The notes: generated by a model not told the origin, from the sequence alone. Shown: positions 31,978 to 42,142, counted from the first letter of the stretch. The stretch is DNA of 61,547 nucleotides from an uncultured virus (IMG/VR IMGVR_UViG_3300010163_001998) (IMGVR_UViG_3300010163_001998), one strand, 5' to 3'. A program made the numbers and translations.

Positions 31978-32487
31978 ATGTACTTTAAACAAATGGATAT
32001 AAACATCAACGATAAAGAAAAAATAAGCTTTGGATTAGCTTATACATATAGTAAATATTGTAAAAGAAATAGAATACTATATAATTGTATAATGAAATAT
32101 AGGGATACAATAAAACTTGTAGATTATACTAATGAATCAGCCATACCAAATAATTACAGCTTAAAAAATTTTAATCAGGAATATAGAAAATTTTTGATAC
32201 ATTGTGAAAAATGCAATGTATATCTAAATGCAGTAGGAACACCAGTAATAATCATAGCAAGCAAGAGTTTAGATATACAACCTAATATAATAGAAGTAGT
32301 TACAAATGATAATATTAGAATGAATATAAGGGATTTATATTACACTATAATAGCTAGTTGTGACAAAGTTGAGTCAGATTTTGGCTATATGTATACATAT
32401 AGCAATATATTTATAAGTAGACTTTTAAATAGTGACAATATTTTTATAACGTTAGAGGATGAGGAAGAAGTATTATGTCACATATAA
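31978..32487 (+). CDS. Family A paralog (triplet 2, gene a)
   Basis: MYFKQMDININDKEKI; MNIRDLYYTIIASC. Confidence 0.8.
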   Translation: MYFKQMDININDKEKISFGLAYTYSKYCKRNRILYNCIMKYRDTIKLVDYTNESAIPNNYSLKNFNQEYRKFLIHCEKCNVYLNAVGTPVIIIASKSLDIQPNIIEVVTNDNIRMNIRDLYYTIIASCDKVESDFGYMYTYSNIFISRLLNSDNIFITLEDEEEVLCHI

Positions 32488-32963
32488 GTGCATTAAAGGC
32501 AACTCCAAAAGTTAATTGTCCAGAAATAGATTACATTATTTTAAAAAATAAATGCAGTATGGGAGTAAAAATATTAATAGAAAATATAATGAATACAACT
32601 GCAAGTAATTTAGAAAGTTTGGGGATGCAAACTAGAAGTGGGCTTTTTATAAAAACAATAGATATATTGGACACACCTAGTATAGAAATAGTATTATATG
32701 CGTATGTACAATCAATAACAATACGAATTGACAAAAATAAATTAAGCGAATACAATGAATTAATAAAAGTACATTATAAAACAACAGGATTCATAAATAT
32801 AGAAGATTTTTTACATATGGCATTTATGAATTACACACCTGATATTGAGTATAAGAAATCAAGTTATTTGTTATTTCCAAGTAAAAAAGGTGCTATACAA
32901 ATAGACATATATAAAGACAGTACAATATTGGACTTAGCACTCATTGATTTTAATAAGTGGTAG
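32475..32963 (+). CDS. Family A paralog (triplet 2, gene b)
   Basis: NCPEIDYI; INIEDFLHMAFMNY. Confidence 0.8.
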   Translation: MSHISALKATPKVNCPEIDYIILKNKCSMGVKILIENIMNTTASNLESLGMQTRSGLFIKTIDILDTPSIEIVLYAYVQSITIRIDKNKLSEYNELIKVHYKTTGFINIEDFLHMAFMNYTPDIEYKKSSYLLFPSKKGAIQIDIYKDSTILDLALIDFNKW

Positions 32964-32967
32964 AAAT

Positions 32968-33456
32968 ATGAATAATATAATAGTTAATCAAGTAAAAATC
33001 ATTATGGATAATAAAGAAACATTATTAATAAACTTAGATGACCCTAATATCATTGGTAATGTATCTAAGCAATTAAACAATAATAATTTAATAAAAAAGG
33101 TGCTAAGCAATCAGAATGATGATGGTTCAATTGAAGATACATGGTATTTTGAAGTGAATAGAGACTACCCTATTAAAGTCAGTACATTTGGTGTAGTATC
33201 ATTGGCATTTGAGACTTTTAGTATTAATAAATATGGAGACAAGATAAGTGTAACATTAAACAATAATGGAACTTTAGAGACATTAAGTCTATATGAGTTA
33301 TATTATATGTTACTTATGACAGCAGACCATAGAATTAGAAAAGGGTACAGTATATATGATATAGGTGTTGTAAAGTTTACAACACATAAATATGATGGCT
33401 CGATTTTATATTTTTATAATCAAAGGCAATTAAAACAAAGACAGTTGGATAAGTAA
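32968..33456 (+). CDS. Family A paralog (triplet 2, gene c)
   Basis: VNQVKI...INLDDP; LSLYELYYMLLMTA. Confidence 0.8.
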   Translation: MNNIIVNQVKIIMDNKETLLINLDDPNIIGNVSKQLNNNNLIKKVLSNQNDDGSIEDTWYFEVNRDYPIKVSTFGVVSLAFETFSINKYGDKISVTLNNNGTLETLSLYELYYMLLMTADHRIRKGYSIYDIGVVKFTTHKYDGSILYFYNQRQLKQRQLDK

Positions 33457-33561
33457 TATTAAAAGTTAAATTATTATAGCATACAATATACAGGTTATTA
33501 AATTAAGATAAACATTTTCAATGTATAAGAAATAATTTTAATATGCAAAGGGGTTCATACT

Positions 33562-34272
33562 ATGGCATTAACTGATAAAGATTTGCAGAACATTATATCT
33601 GAATTATCAGAAGGGGAACAAAGGGCACTTTTAGAAAAACTGAAGGATAAATTTGATACTGATAGAAAAGCTAAGCCAGTACATTCAGAAACACCAGTCC
33701 AAAGAACTGATGGAAAATCATACAGTTGCACTGTATGTGGTTCAATAAATTGTAAAAAGCATGGTACAACTGCTTCTGGTATGCAAAGGTATATATGTAA
33801 AAATTGTGGAAAGACATTTTCAGAAAATAATGGGGAGGCTTTAAGATATAGTCATTTATCAGAAGATATTTGGAAAGAAATGATAAGGGGTTTTGTGGAA
33901 GAATCATCATTGGCAACCATAGCCAATAACATAGGATGTTCAACAAAAACTGTATGGCTTGCAAAACAAAAGGTTAACCAAGCCATCATGGCCATATATG
34001 GATATAATGAACTATTCCAAGGCCAGACACAGGCAGATGAATACTATACACGTGCAGCTTTCAAAGGAAAGAGAGACCCAGAATTTTTTATATACACTTT
34101 AAAGCGCATGCCACGGCACCACAGAAATTATGCAGAGAAGGTGGAATGGTTACAAAAAGCAGGTTTATATGAGAAATTGCAAAAAGAATCACCAGATTAT
34201 TTAGAAGAATTATTAGGTAATAACCCTAAAATGAAAAAGGGTATTAATAAATTCAATAGACATACAGATTAA
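33562..34272 (+). mobile_element. IS1595-family transposase, 3'-truncated
   Basis: Zn ribbon CTVCGS...QRYICKNCGKTF, HTH, and first catalytic motif QADEYY. The ORF stops just after KKGI and lacks the rest of the DDE core. No TIRs identified. Confidence 0.8.
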
Positions 34273-34530
34273 ATAATATTATTCTGCAATAATATTATAA
34301 CATCATAATTATATTATCAAAAAAATTTATACATTCTAAAACATACCAATCATATAATCAGTAATCATTTTTATGTAATTCTAAGTATGCTTATAAAGTT
34401 AAATCACAAAACATATAAGCATAAATAATACAATCAACATAAAATTATGTCTAATATACCAAGAAATATAGTATAAAGCAAGCTTACAAATAAAAACTCA
34501 AACACAATTTTATATACTTTTTATTTTAAT

Positions 34531-35571
34531 ATGAAGGCTCACAGTATGTTAGATATTTTAAATAAGGAGTTTGAGAGAGAAATGAAAATAGACATTGTAA
34601 TAAGTAACCCTCCATATCAAGAAACTACTGGTGGTGGTAATAATGGTGGTAAAGTGATATATGATAGTTTTATTTTAAATGGATTAAAAATATCAAATAC
34701 ATTATGTATGATTGTAAAAAACAATTGGATGAACTCAGATTCATTAAAAGATTTAAGACAATCCATATTAAAAAGTGGGTTAAAAACAATAAAAAATTAT
34801 TCTTTACTTGGGAATGTATTTCCAAGTATGGGTATTTCAGCTTCTATCATTTATATTGATAAAAATTACAATGGTAATATCGATTATACAGAGATAGTAA
34901 AAGATAAAGTTGTAAATGAGTACAATGAGGACATCCGAGATATTGGATTCATACCAGCATCTAAATATGAGTATACAATAGTAAAAAAGGTTACAGAAAA
35001 GACAAAGAATTCATTTAATAATTATGTAATAGGAAGTAATCCATTTGGAATAGACACAAATGGGGCCATATCCAATGGATTTATTGATGAAAGTGTAATA
35101 AAAACTGATGAATATAACATAGCATTAAGATATGTGGACAGTGTTTCATATACAAACTTGAATTGTATCACTAAAAATAGAGACATTGTAGATAAATATA
35201 AAATAGTGTGTCCCAAACAAATACATAAAACAAATAATCCTATACCAAGTGTAATAGGATTATTACCAAATCAGATTTGTTCAGGATCCTACAGTTTAAT
35301 GTATTATGATATTGATATGACAAATGCATCCAATGCAGCTAAATATGTTAAGACAAGATATTTTAGATTCCTAGTGTATTGTTTAGCAGATACATTATGT
35401 AGATTAAATTCTTATAGAGTTTCATTGGTACCTGATCAAGATTTCACCAACCAGTCCGATATAGACTGGACACAATCTATAAGCGACATAGATAAACAGT
35501 TATATAAAAAGTACAATCTCAGCGAAGAAGAGATAGACTACATTGAAAAAACAATCAAACCAATGCAATAA
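34531..35571 (+). CDS. Eco57I-like adenine methyltransferase C-terminal half (NPPY + TRD), no SAM-binding motif I; possible start 34582
   Basis: IDIVISNPPYQ, KNNW, YVKTRYFRFLV, VPDQDF, LYKKYNLSEEEIDYIEKTIKPM. Homologous to the C-half of 52682..54643. Confidence 0.8.
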   Translation: MKAHSMLDILNKEFEREMKIDIVISNPPYQETTGGGNNGGKVIYDSFILNGLKISNTLCMIVKNNWMNSDSLKDLRQSILKSGLKTIKNYSLLGNVFPSMGISASIIYIDKNYNGNIDYTEIVKDKVVNEYNEDIRDIGFIPASKYEYTIVKKVTEKTKNSFNNYVIGSNPFGIDTNGAISNGFIDESVIKTDEYNIALRYVDSVSYTNLNCITKNRDIVDKYKIVCPKQIHKTNNPIPSVIGLLPNQICSGSYSLMYYDIDMTNASNAAKYVKTRYFRFLVYCLADTLCRLNSYRVSLVPDQDFTNQSDIDWTQSISDIDKQLYKKYNLSEEEIDYIEKTIKPMQ

Positions 35572-35575
35572 TTTA

Positions 35576-35606
35576 AAGAGCCATTCATTATTGAGTGGCT
35601 TTTTTA
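35576..35606 (+). terminator. Rho-independent terminator
   Basis: AGCCATTCA / TGAGTGGCT stem followed by a T-run. Confidence 0.8.
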
Positions 35607-35774
35607 TGTAAAAAATTATATAATCATATAATAATGTTATCTACACGTTGCAAACTTAAATAACATCTTATCATACTATTTTATATATTAAGTATATTGC
35701 ATAATTATAACAAGTTTTGAATAAACCAAATACATTGAATTAAAACTAATTTCATTAGATATATGGAGGGACAT

Positions 35775-36251
35775 ATGATAGAACAAATACTACTTCACTT
35801 AGAAAATAATAAAGATATAGTAATAGATTTAAATGATGCTAATTATGTAAGACATACATCAGACCAGTTGGCAAAATTAAAACACACTAGATATATAGCT
35901 ATACCTAAATCATTAAGGTACAGTAGACTTATAACTTATTGTTTGTTAAACAAACATGAAAGATTGAAATTTGTATTAAGTCTGATGAATGGTATTCATG
36001 GTGTTACATTAGATTTTCCTGGAAATATTAAAGATTATAACAACACAGTAAAGTTTAAACTATCAGACAACAATAATAAGGAGTATTTAAATATAGATGA
36101 ACTATGTACACTAATAAGCATGACCTGCATACATAGAGAGTATAAATATGGATGCAATATATATGATTGCGGTAATATCATATTAAGTGTATATAAATTT
36201 GACGAAATAACATTATCAATTAAAACATCTAATACAAAGGAAAACAATTGA
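35775..36251 (+). CDS. Family A paralog
   Basis: Start moved to ATG after GGAGG; IEQILL...IVIDL; LNIDELCTLISMTC. Confidence 0.8.
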   Translation: MIEQILLHLENNKDIVIDLNDANYVRHTSDQLAKLKHTRYIAIPKSLRYSRLITYCLLNKHERLKFVLSLMNGIHGVTLDFPGNIKDYNNTVKFKLSDNNNKEYLNIDELCTLISMTCIHREYKYGCNIYDCGNIILSVYKFDEITLSIKTSNTKENN

Positions 36252-36727
36252 TGATATTAAAAGAAATAAGAATAAAAATAAAGAATACAACTATAATAAT
36301 AAAGATGCATAATACAGGCTTAACTGAGGAAAATGGATTTCAAGAGAATGATTATTTAATAATAAATAGTACATTTGGATTGTATATGGATAAAATAGAA
36401 GATTATTATAAAATGCAAGAAATATTTTCCCATTACAATATGGTATTACAACTTTCCTTTATAAGTAATTCGAGAGTATTTGGTATACGCAGTAAACATT
36501 TAAAAAGATATGGTCATGCAGTAAAATTAATTGTCAGTAATAATCACAACATTACAAATGATAAAGATGACTTTTCAATGGATTTGATAGACTTTTTAAC
36601 ATTATTAAAAATGAGTTATGAAATGGTAAAATGTAGTGATAGTACTTATGAAATTAAGTTTGATCATAATGAAAAATATGAAACAGATATAGCATTTACA
36701 AATAATATGATATACATAACAATATAG
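36248..36727 (+). CDS. Family A paralog
   Basis: LKEIRIKI; MDLIDFLTLLKMSY. Confidence 0.8.
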   Translation: MMILKEIRIKIKNTTIIIKMHNTGLTEENGFQENDYLIINSTFGLYMDKIEDYYKMQEIFSHYNMVLQLSFISNSRVFGIRSKHLKRYGHAVKLIVSNNHNITNDKDDFSMDLIDFLTLLKMSYEMVKCSDSTYEIKFDHNEKYETDIAFTNNMIYITI

Positions 36728-36738
36728 AAGATTAAAGC

Positions 36739-37101
36739 ATGGAAATAAAAGTAAAGCAGTTAACAATAAAGACAAATAATGATTCAGAATTTATAATAGA
36801 CCTTAGAAGAGATAGAAATAACACAGAAAATATTATAATTGATCAATTATTAAATAATAGGAGCATAGAAATTTAAAGGATTTCAAGATATGAAACTATA
36901 GAAAACACTGTAGAAAATATGATGCTACTAAGCATAAATGAAATATCCCAGAATATTATTTTTATACTTAATAGTGAATATATCATACGATTTCATATAT
37001 TTGGGCACAAAATTAATATGGATAACAGTGAGGATTACACCAGTGCAATGATAAGGTTAGATGTAAATAAGATGAAAAATAATTCATGCATAACTGTATG
37101 A
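36739..37101 (+). pseudogene. Decayed Family A paralog
   Basis: MEIKVKQLTIK...FIIDL, in-frame TAA at 36874-36876, then the same frame continues as ORF 36919..37101. The 3' part is disrupted by a 70-bp duplication. Confidence 0.65.
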
Positions 37102-37173
37102 GTATTACACCAGTGCAATGATAAGGTTAGATGTAAATAAGATGAAAAATAATTCATGCATAACTGTATGAGT
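37034..37173. repeat. Perfect 70-bp tandem duplication
   Basis: ATTACACCAGTGCAATG...CTGTATGAGT at 37034-37103 and 37104-37173. Confidence 0.95.
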
Positions 37174-37261
37174 ATAAAGCGATTTAAAAGAACAGAATAT
37201 AAAATATTTTAATGCACAACATAAAATAAACTAGTAATTAAATAGGTGAGGCAAAAAAAGA

Positions 37262-37714
37262 ATGGATATAGATTCAATAATAGTCAGACTAAAAGACAAT
37301 ACAGATTTTAAGATAGACGTTAAGGATTTTAATACACAAGAAGTATTAGCAATGTTAAAGCATAAAGACCAAGAATTGGTATTACCAGATAGGGTGGATA
37401 TTCCTGAAGACTTATATACTGACTTTTGCAAATGTTTATTAAATGATGAACCCTTTATAGCAATGAAGGTTGAAACATTTAATATAATATTATACTTTAA
37501 ATTAGATCAAGCTAAAGAGCATATATACATAGAAGAAAGTAAAAATTTTTTAAATGTAGAAGAGTTTATCAATATAATAAAAATGTCATGCAGTTATAAA
37601 GAAATTTTGGATACTAAAGTTTATAGAATACAATATAAAAAATGTATGATATCATTTAATATAAATAGGTATAACAATATATCACTGTCAATATATGGAG
37701 AGGTTATATTATGA
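37262..37714 (+). CDS. Family A paralog
   Basis: IDSIIVRL...FKIDV; LNVEEFINIIKMSC. Confidence 0.8.
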   Translation: MDIDSIIVRLKDNTDFKIDVKDFNTQEVLAMLKHKDQELVLPDRVDIPEDLYTDFCKCLLNDEPFIAMKVETFNIILYFKLDQAKEHIYIEESKNFLNVEEFINIIKMSCSYKEILDTKVYRIQYKKCMISFNINRYNNISLSIYGEVIL

Positions 37715-38187
37715 ATAATTTAAAGTCATTTACAATTTATAGTAAAGACAAGGAGAAAAGTGTTACAATCAATTTATTTGATAATATAAATACGATATTA
37801 AATATTATGTCTAAAGTGACTAATAGACCCATAGTTAATACAAGTGAGATGATAATAGCATCATGTATGGATTATGCATGTGACATTGTAGTATCTATTT
37901 TAAAAGAGTATGTAGTATATGATGGAAAAAGGAAAGAGAGGCGCAGGTTATTTTGGATAGTAATAGATAATGAAGAGTTAGACAGACTAGAATTGATGAA
38001 TGATGATAATGAGAAGATAGGAATGGATATTGTTTATACATTTATTAAAATGTCATATGAGAAGGAACTTGAAGATTATGACTATATAAAAATGTATGAT
38101 AACATACAAGAGTTTTCTGTATACAATACATTTGAGAAAAAGAATGGTATAAAAATAGCTTTAGCAATAAAATTAGATAAGGAGTAG
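37711..38187 (+). CDS. Family A paralog
   Basis: LKSFTI...VTINL; IGMDIVYTFIKMSY. Confidence 0.8.
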   Translation: MNNLKSFTIYSKDKEKSVTINLFDNINTILNIMSKVTNRPIVNTSEMIIASCMDYACDIVVSILKEYVVYDGKRKERRRLFWIVIDNEELDRLELMNDDNEKIGMDIVYTFIKMSYEKELEDYDYIKMYDNIQEFSVYNTFEKKNGIKIALAIKLDKE

Positions 38188-38194
38188 GTAAAAA

Positions 38195-38632
38195 TTGGGA
38201 AACAATATATTAAAATCCATAGTCTTTTATACTGATATAAATAAGCCATCTAAGAATAATATAAAAATTACATTTGATAATGGAATACATATAACAAATA
38301 TAACAAACAATAAACTTCAAAGATCATTATGCATAGTAGGTTTAAGTTTACATAAAGAGAGTAAATTAGATGAGGTTACGTTCAGATTTTTTATGAGAAG
38401 AGCATCTAATTATGAGATTGAATATGAAGTAAATGACATAACAGAGAAATGCACATTACAAGAGTATTTAAATATGACCAGTATGCTATTGGATATAAAT
38501 AATAAAGAAAATGGCACATACAATATAGAAATGTTTGAAAATATTGAAACGTTGAAGGTATCAAGGTATGTTAATGTATATAAAGATCTAACCATAGTTG
38601 ATTTTGATATAATAGCATATAATAATATTTAA
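38195..38632 (+). CDS. Family A paralog
   Basis: LKSIVFY; CTLQEYLNMTSML. Confidence 0.72.
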   Translation: MGNNILKSIVFYTDINKPSKNNIKITFDNGIHITNITNNKLQRSLCIVGLSLHKESKLDEVTFRFFMRRASNYEIEYEVNDITEKCTLQEYLNMTSMLLDINNKENGTYNIEMFENIETLKVSRYVNVYKDLTIVDFDIIAYNNI

Positions 38633-38678
38633 GTATAGCCTAAATTAAAATAATATAGTTCAGGCTATACTTATTTTT
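38630..38678 (+). terminator. Probable terminator closing the last Family A block
   Basis: AAGTATAGCCT / AGGCTATACTT followed by ATTTTT. Confidence 0.7.
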
Positions 38679-39160
38679 ATGTATAAAAACAATACAACAT
38701 ATATGGAAGATGTGATATAAATTAAAAAATTAAGCATACACAGTAAGTGTATAATACATATTAAATAAATGTACCTAATCATTATAAAATTTTAATTACA
38801 TACATTTAATAAAAAATAAGGAATAAAGTAAATAAATCAACAATACAGTTATATCAGATGTGATATAAATTAAATAAAATAAATATACAATATTATATAA
38901 GAGCAGACTAATATAAATATATAGGTACAGCTAAAAGCAAATAACAGTTTAGAATGTATAAAAAGAATAATACATTAATATTAAAAGTGATTTAAATTAA
39001 GAAAAATGAGCAGAGCAGTTAATAATAAGGGAAACAATAAGTCAAAGCAATGGACAGTGAGCAATAACAATAAACAGTAGAAAATAATGAGGGGGATATG
39101 AAAAATGATAAAAGACTGTAGAGAATGGTAGGGGCTGTAGAGAATGATAAATACAGTTGA

Positions 39161-39210
39161 AAAATAGTAGAAAGCAGTGGAAAATAGTAGAAAACAGTAG
39201 AAAATAGCAG
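39161..39210. repeat. Five tandem imperfect 10-mers (consensus AAAAYAGTAG)
   Basis: AAAATAGTAG AAAGCAGTGG AAAATAGTAG AAAACAGTAG AAAATAGCAG. Confidence 0.85.
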
Positions 39211-39250
39211 ATAACTATGAAAATTTTATTATTAAACAATAGAGAATATT

Positions 39251-39340
39251 AGAGGGCTGTTATTAACAATAGAGGGCTGTTATTAACATTAGATGGCTGT
39301 TATTAACAATAGAGGGCTGTTATTAACAATAGAGGGCTGT
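39251..39340. repeat. 4.5 tandem copies of the 20-mer AGAGGGCTGTTATTAACAAT (iteron-like)
   Basis: Copies at 39251, 39271, 39291, 39311 and a half copy at 39331, each with at most 1 mismatch. Confidence 0.92.
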
Positions 39341-40063
39341 GAAAATATTAGTATTAAACAATAGAAAATATTAGATAGCTATTATTAATATCAAAGGGCT
39401 GTTAAGAATAATATATAATAGTTGACATTATGTTAGATATAAATGTATTGTTGAATAACACATTTATAAATTTAAAATAAGCTATTGATAAAATAAAGTA
39501 GAATATAGATATATTAATTGAGACAGCTTAAAAATAGTATGATAAAATTAAAATAATGATATAGGCTGTCATAAATTAAGTTATGTTGCTAAAATAATTT
39601 AAAGACAGTTGAATCAATATCAATAAAAATAAGTTTATAGTATACAACAGTTGGGATTAAGTAGATTTAAATTAAAAAATATTTTTATATAGTGAAATAA
39701 ATGTTAGTCATTTCAAAATTAAAGACAAGCATAGATTGTTAAATTTAGGGTTGTATGAAAGATTAGAGAAATTAAGAATATATAAATAGGCATGTAAATG
39801 GAATAGAAGTATCAAATAAGTTCATGGAAAGAATAGCCAGTAATTTTGAAATTAATAGACAGACTTATAAAATAGTAAGAAATCCTTTTGATAAAATTAA
39901 GTTAATTTAGAGATAGTAAGAAGTCATTTTAAAAAGTGAATTAATTTAAGAAAAATTGGTTTCAATTTGGGGTTTAATTAAGTATTTTTAGATAAAAGTT
40001 ATATGCAATAAATTAAAAAGTTATATGAATTTTAAAGCAATTAATACATTAAAATAGCAATTA

Positions 40064-40126
40064 TTTTTATATTAAAATTTAGAAAAGTAAATTTTAGTTT
40101 TTTATATTAAAATTTGGAAAAGTAAA
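40064..40126. repeat. 28-bp direct repeat pair
   Basis: TTTTTATATTAAAATTT[A/G]GAAAAGTAAA at 40064 and 40099. Confidence 0.85.
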
Positions 40127-40261
40127 GGTATGGAGTGAGAAGTTTTTCAGGAAAAGGCTGGTTTTTAGGGGAAATTTGTAGGTATGGGAAAAGGTGGATA
40201 GATTTATGAAAAAAATTGTTTTGTAAAAATTTAATATAAAGTTGAATTAAGTATGCCCAAT

Positions 40262-40463
40262 AAAAATGAATTTAATATAGGATTTTGGTAATAGTATTTA
40301 GAATTTATAGAATGACCTAAAAAAATTAAATTTGATTAAAAATTGTAAATAGACCTGATAAAAATTGTATTTCATATAAGATTTTGGTAACTATTTTTAA
40401 AATTGTAAGCAAACTTTGTAAAAAATTGAATTTAGCATAGAATTTTGGTAATTGTTTTTGAAA
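40262..40463. repeat. Three degenerate ~43-bp repeats with core ATTTTGGTAA
   Basis: Units begin near 40262, 40360 and 40420. Confidence 0.7.
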
Positions 40464-40859
40464 TATATAAAACACATTAAGATTTTTAAGTAATTAATTT
40501 ATAAAAATTTTGATAGCCCGTAAGTTAAAAGCAGATAATTGTTTTTGAAATTAAATACATAAAATAAATAAGTAATCAGCTAATTTGGAATTGGGTTATG
40601 TATAAAATAGGTATTAAATAATTTTTAGAAAAATAAAAAATTAAATTTAATCACACAATATATGAAAATGTTAATAATTGCATTATGCAATAGAATTGTT
40701 AATATACAATTTGTTAAACAAGTATTATTTTTAATAAAATTAATATCACAGTTAATAAAGTATGTATACTTTAAGAATTAATATATGTATATAGTGTATA
40801 AGGCTTGGTATTATATAAGACTATATTTTTATTATTTTTAATTAAAGGAGAAAAATGTA

Positions 40860-42137
40860 ATGGCTTATAAAAAGAAAAGTATTTTAAAGAGAGCAAAGGA
40901 AAATTATAAGGATTACTTTAGATTAGATAATAATGAATTTAGTGAAGATAAGGCTAGGCTTAAGTTAGGTAAATTAAATAATGCAGATTTAAGGATAGAT
41001 ATTATTAAGAGGACTTATGAAGCTTTGTTTAATTCTAGTAGAATAAAGGATATCACTAAGGAATGGGTAAGGTATGAGGGAAGTATATCCGAGACCATTG
41101 AAAATTATAACTCCAGACAAAGAAAATTAAATGATAAGATAGAATTAAGTAAAGGTGTAGCTTGGATAAATTATGATATAGCAAAGTTAAGAGATGAATT
41201 GATAATAGGATATGGGAGTAATGGTGATATTAAGACCATATTTGAGATAGTGGAAGAGTTTACAAATATCACTGAAGATGATTATAATAACTGTATAAAA
41301 ATGTTAGCAACCTTTAATAATAATAAAGCTAGACGTGATGTAAATAAGGGTGAGATAAATATAAATATAAGTACAAAGCAGTTTAGTGAAGAATGTGATG
41401 ATGAAAGTTTTATAGCATTTTTAAATTTAATTAAACCCTTTGGAACTAAAGAAAAGAGACACATACAGGACTTTATTAATAGTAGTTATAACAGGGAGTG
41501 TGGTTATTTTAATTATATAATGGCACCTGATGCTGAATTAAATGACCATGAAAATGAATATAGGAATTTAATAATAGCTTGGTTAGATGGCAATGGAATG
41601 GATTTCAACACATTATCCTTTATAGGTAATTTATTAGAAGATAAAGAAGGGAACCAGGACACTGAAGTGAATCAGGAAGTAAGTGAAACAATTCAAGAGA
41701 ATAAAGAGGATAATTTAGAAGTAGAAAGTAGTCAGTCAATTGAAGAAGGGAACCAGTCAACTAAAGAAATTGATTTAAGAAATAAAGAGGATAACCTAAA
41801 TATATTAGGGCAGCAGTTAAGCGAAAAAGAAGTAGAACTAAATAATAAAGAATTAAAATTAAACAGATATAAAGAAAAGTTGGATGAAAGAAAGACCAAA
41901 CTAGGAGAAGTTGAAAACGAACTAAAAGCAAGGAATAGTGCCTTAGACATAAGGGAAAGTGATATAGAATCAAGGGAAAATAAGTTATATACAAAAGAAA
42001 TTAATTTACAGTCAATAGAAGAAAGATTAGAAGCAAAAGAAAAAGAATTAAAGAGCAAGGAAGATGACTTAAATGTCAAAGAAATTAGGCTGAAGTCAAT
42101 TGCAAGAGGGTTAAAGAAAAATAGACAAGGAGTTTAA
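40860..42137 (+). CDS. Hypothetical protein with C-terminal coiled coil; paralog of 42143..43069
   Basis: AAAGGAG RBS; RIDII, KPF, GYFNY and RNLII shared with the next gene; KExxL heptads in the tail. Confidence 0.8.
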   Translation: MAYKKKSILKRAKENYKDYFRLDNNEFSEDKARLKLGKLNNADLRIDIIKRTYEALFNSSRIKDITKEWVRYEGSISETIENYNSRQRKLNDKIELSKGVAWINYDIAKLRDELIIGYGSNGDIKTIFEIVEEFTNITEDDYNNCIKMLATFNNNKARRDVNKGEININISTKQFSEECDDESFIAFLNLIKPFGTKEKRHIQDFINSSYNRECGYFNYIMAPDAELNDHENEYRNLIIAWLDGNGMDFNTLSFIGNLLEDKEGNQDTEVNQEVSETIQENKEDNLEVESSQSIEEGNQSTKEIDLRNKEDNLNILGQQLSEKEVELNNKELKLNRYKEKLDERKTKLGEVENELKARNSALDIRESDIESRENKLYTKEINLQSIEERLEAKEKELKSKEDDLNVKEIRLKSIARGLKKNRQGV

Positions 42138-42142
42138 ACATT

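Larger units (their letters stand above)
9282..38632 (+). other. Family A tandem paralog array: about 43 co-oriented genes in blocks 9282-11005, 11643-17853, 18458-27578, 30432-33456 and 35775-38632
   Basis: Shared N-terminal beta pattern and a [DE]FxxLxKM[TS]Y-like helix in the C-terminal half of each member. Short spacers and overlapping stop/start codons. Confidence 0.8.
38679..40859. other. 2.2-kb non-coding, repeat-rich region; candidate replication origin
   Basis: No credible ORF; several direct-repeat sets; long AT-rich tracts. Confidence 0.45.

Noticed and set aside
33460..34530. Complete IS1595 with terminal inverted repeats and target duplication
   Set aside because: The transposase is truncated and no matching ends could be identified.
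9282..38632. Integron-like cassette array
   Set aside because: No recurring attC-like intergenic repeat and no integrase; many genes overlap or are only a few bases apart.
39042..39239. 65-aa minus-strand ORF in the repeat region
   Set aside because: It is a low-complexity translation of the 10-mer repeats.
39251..39340. CRISPR array
   Set aside because: The 20-mers are directly adjacent with no unique spacers, and no cas genes are present.
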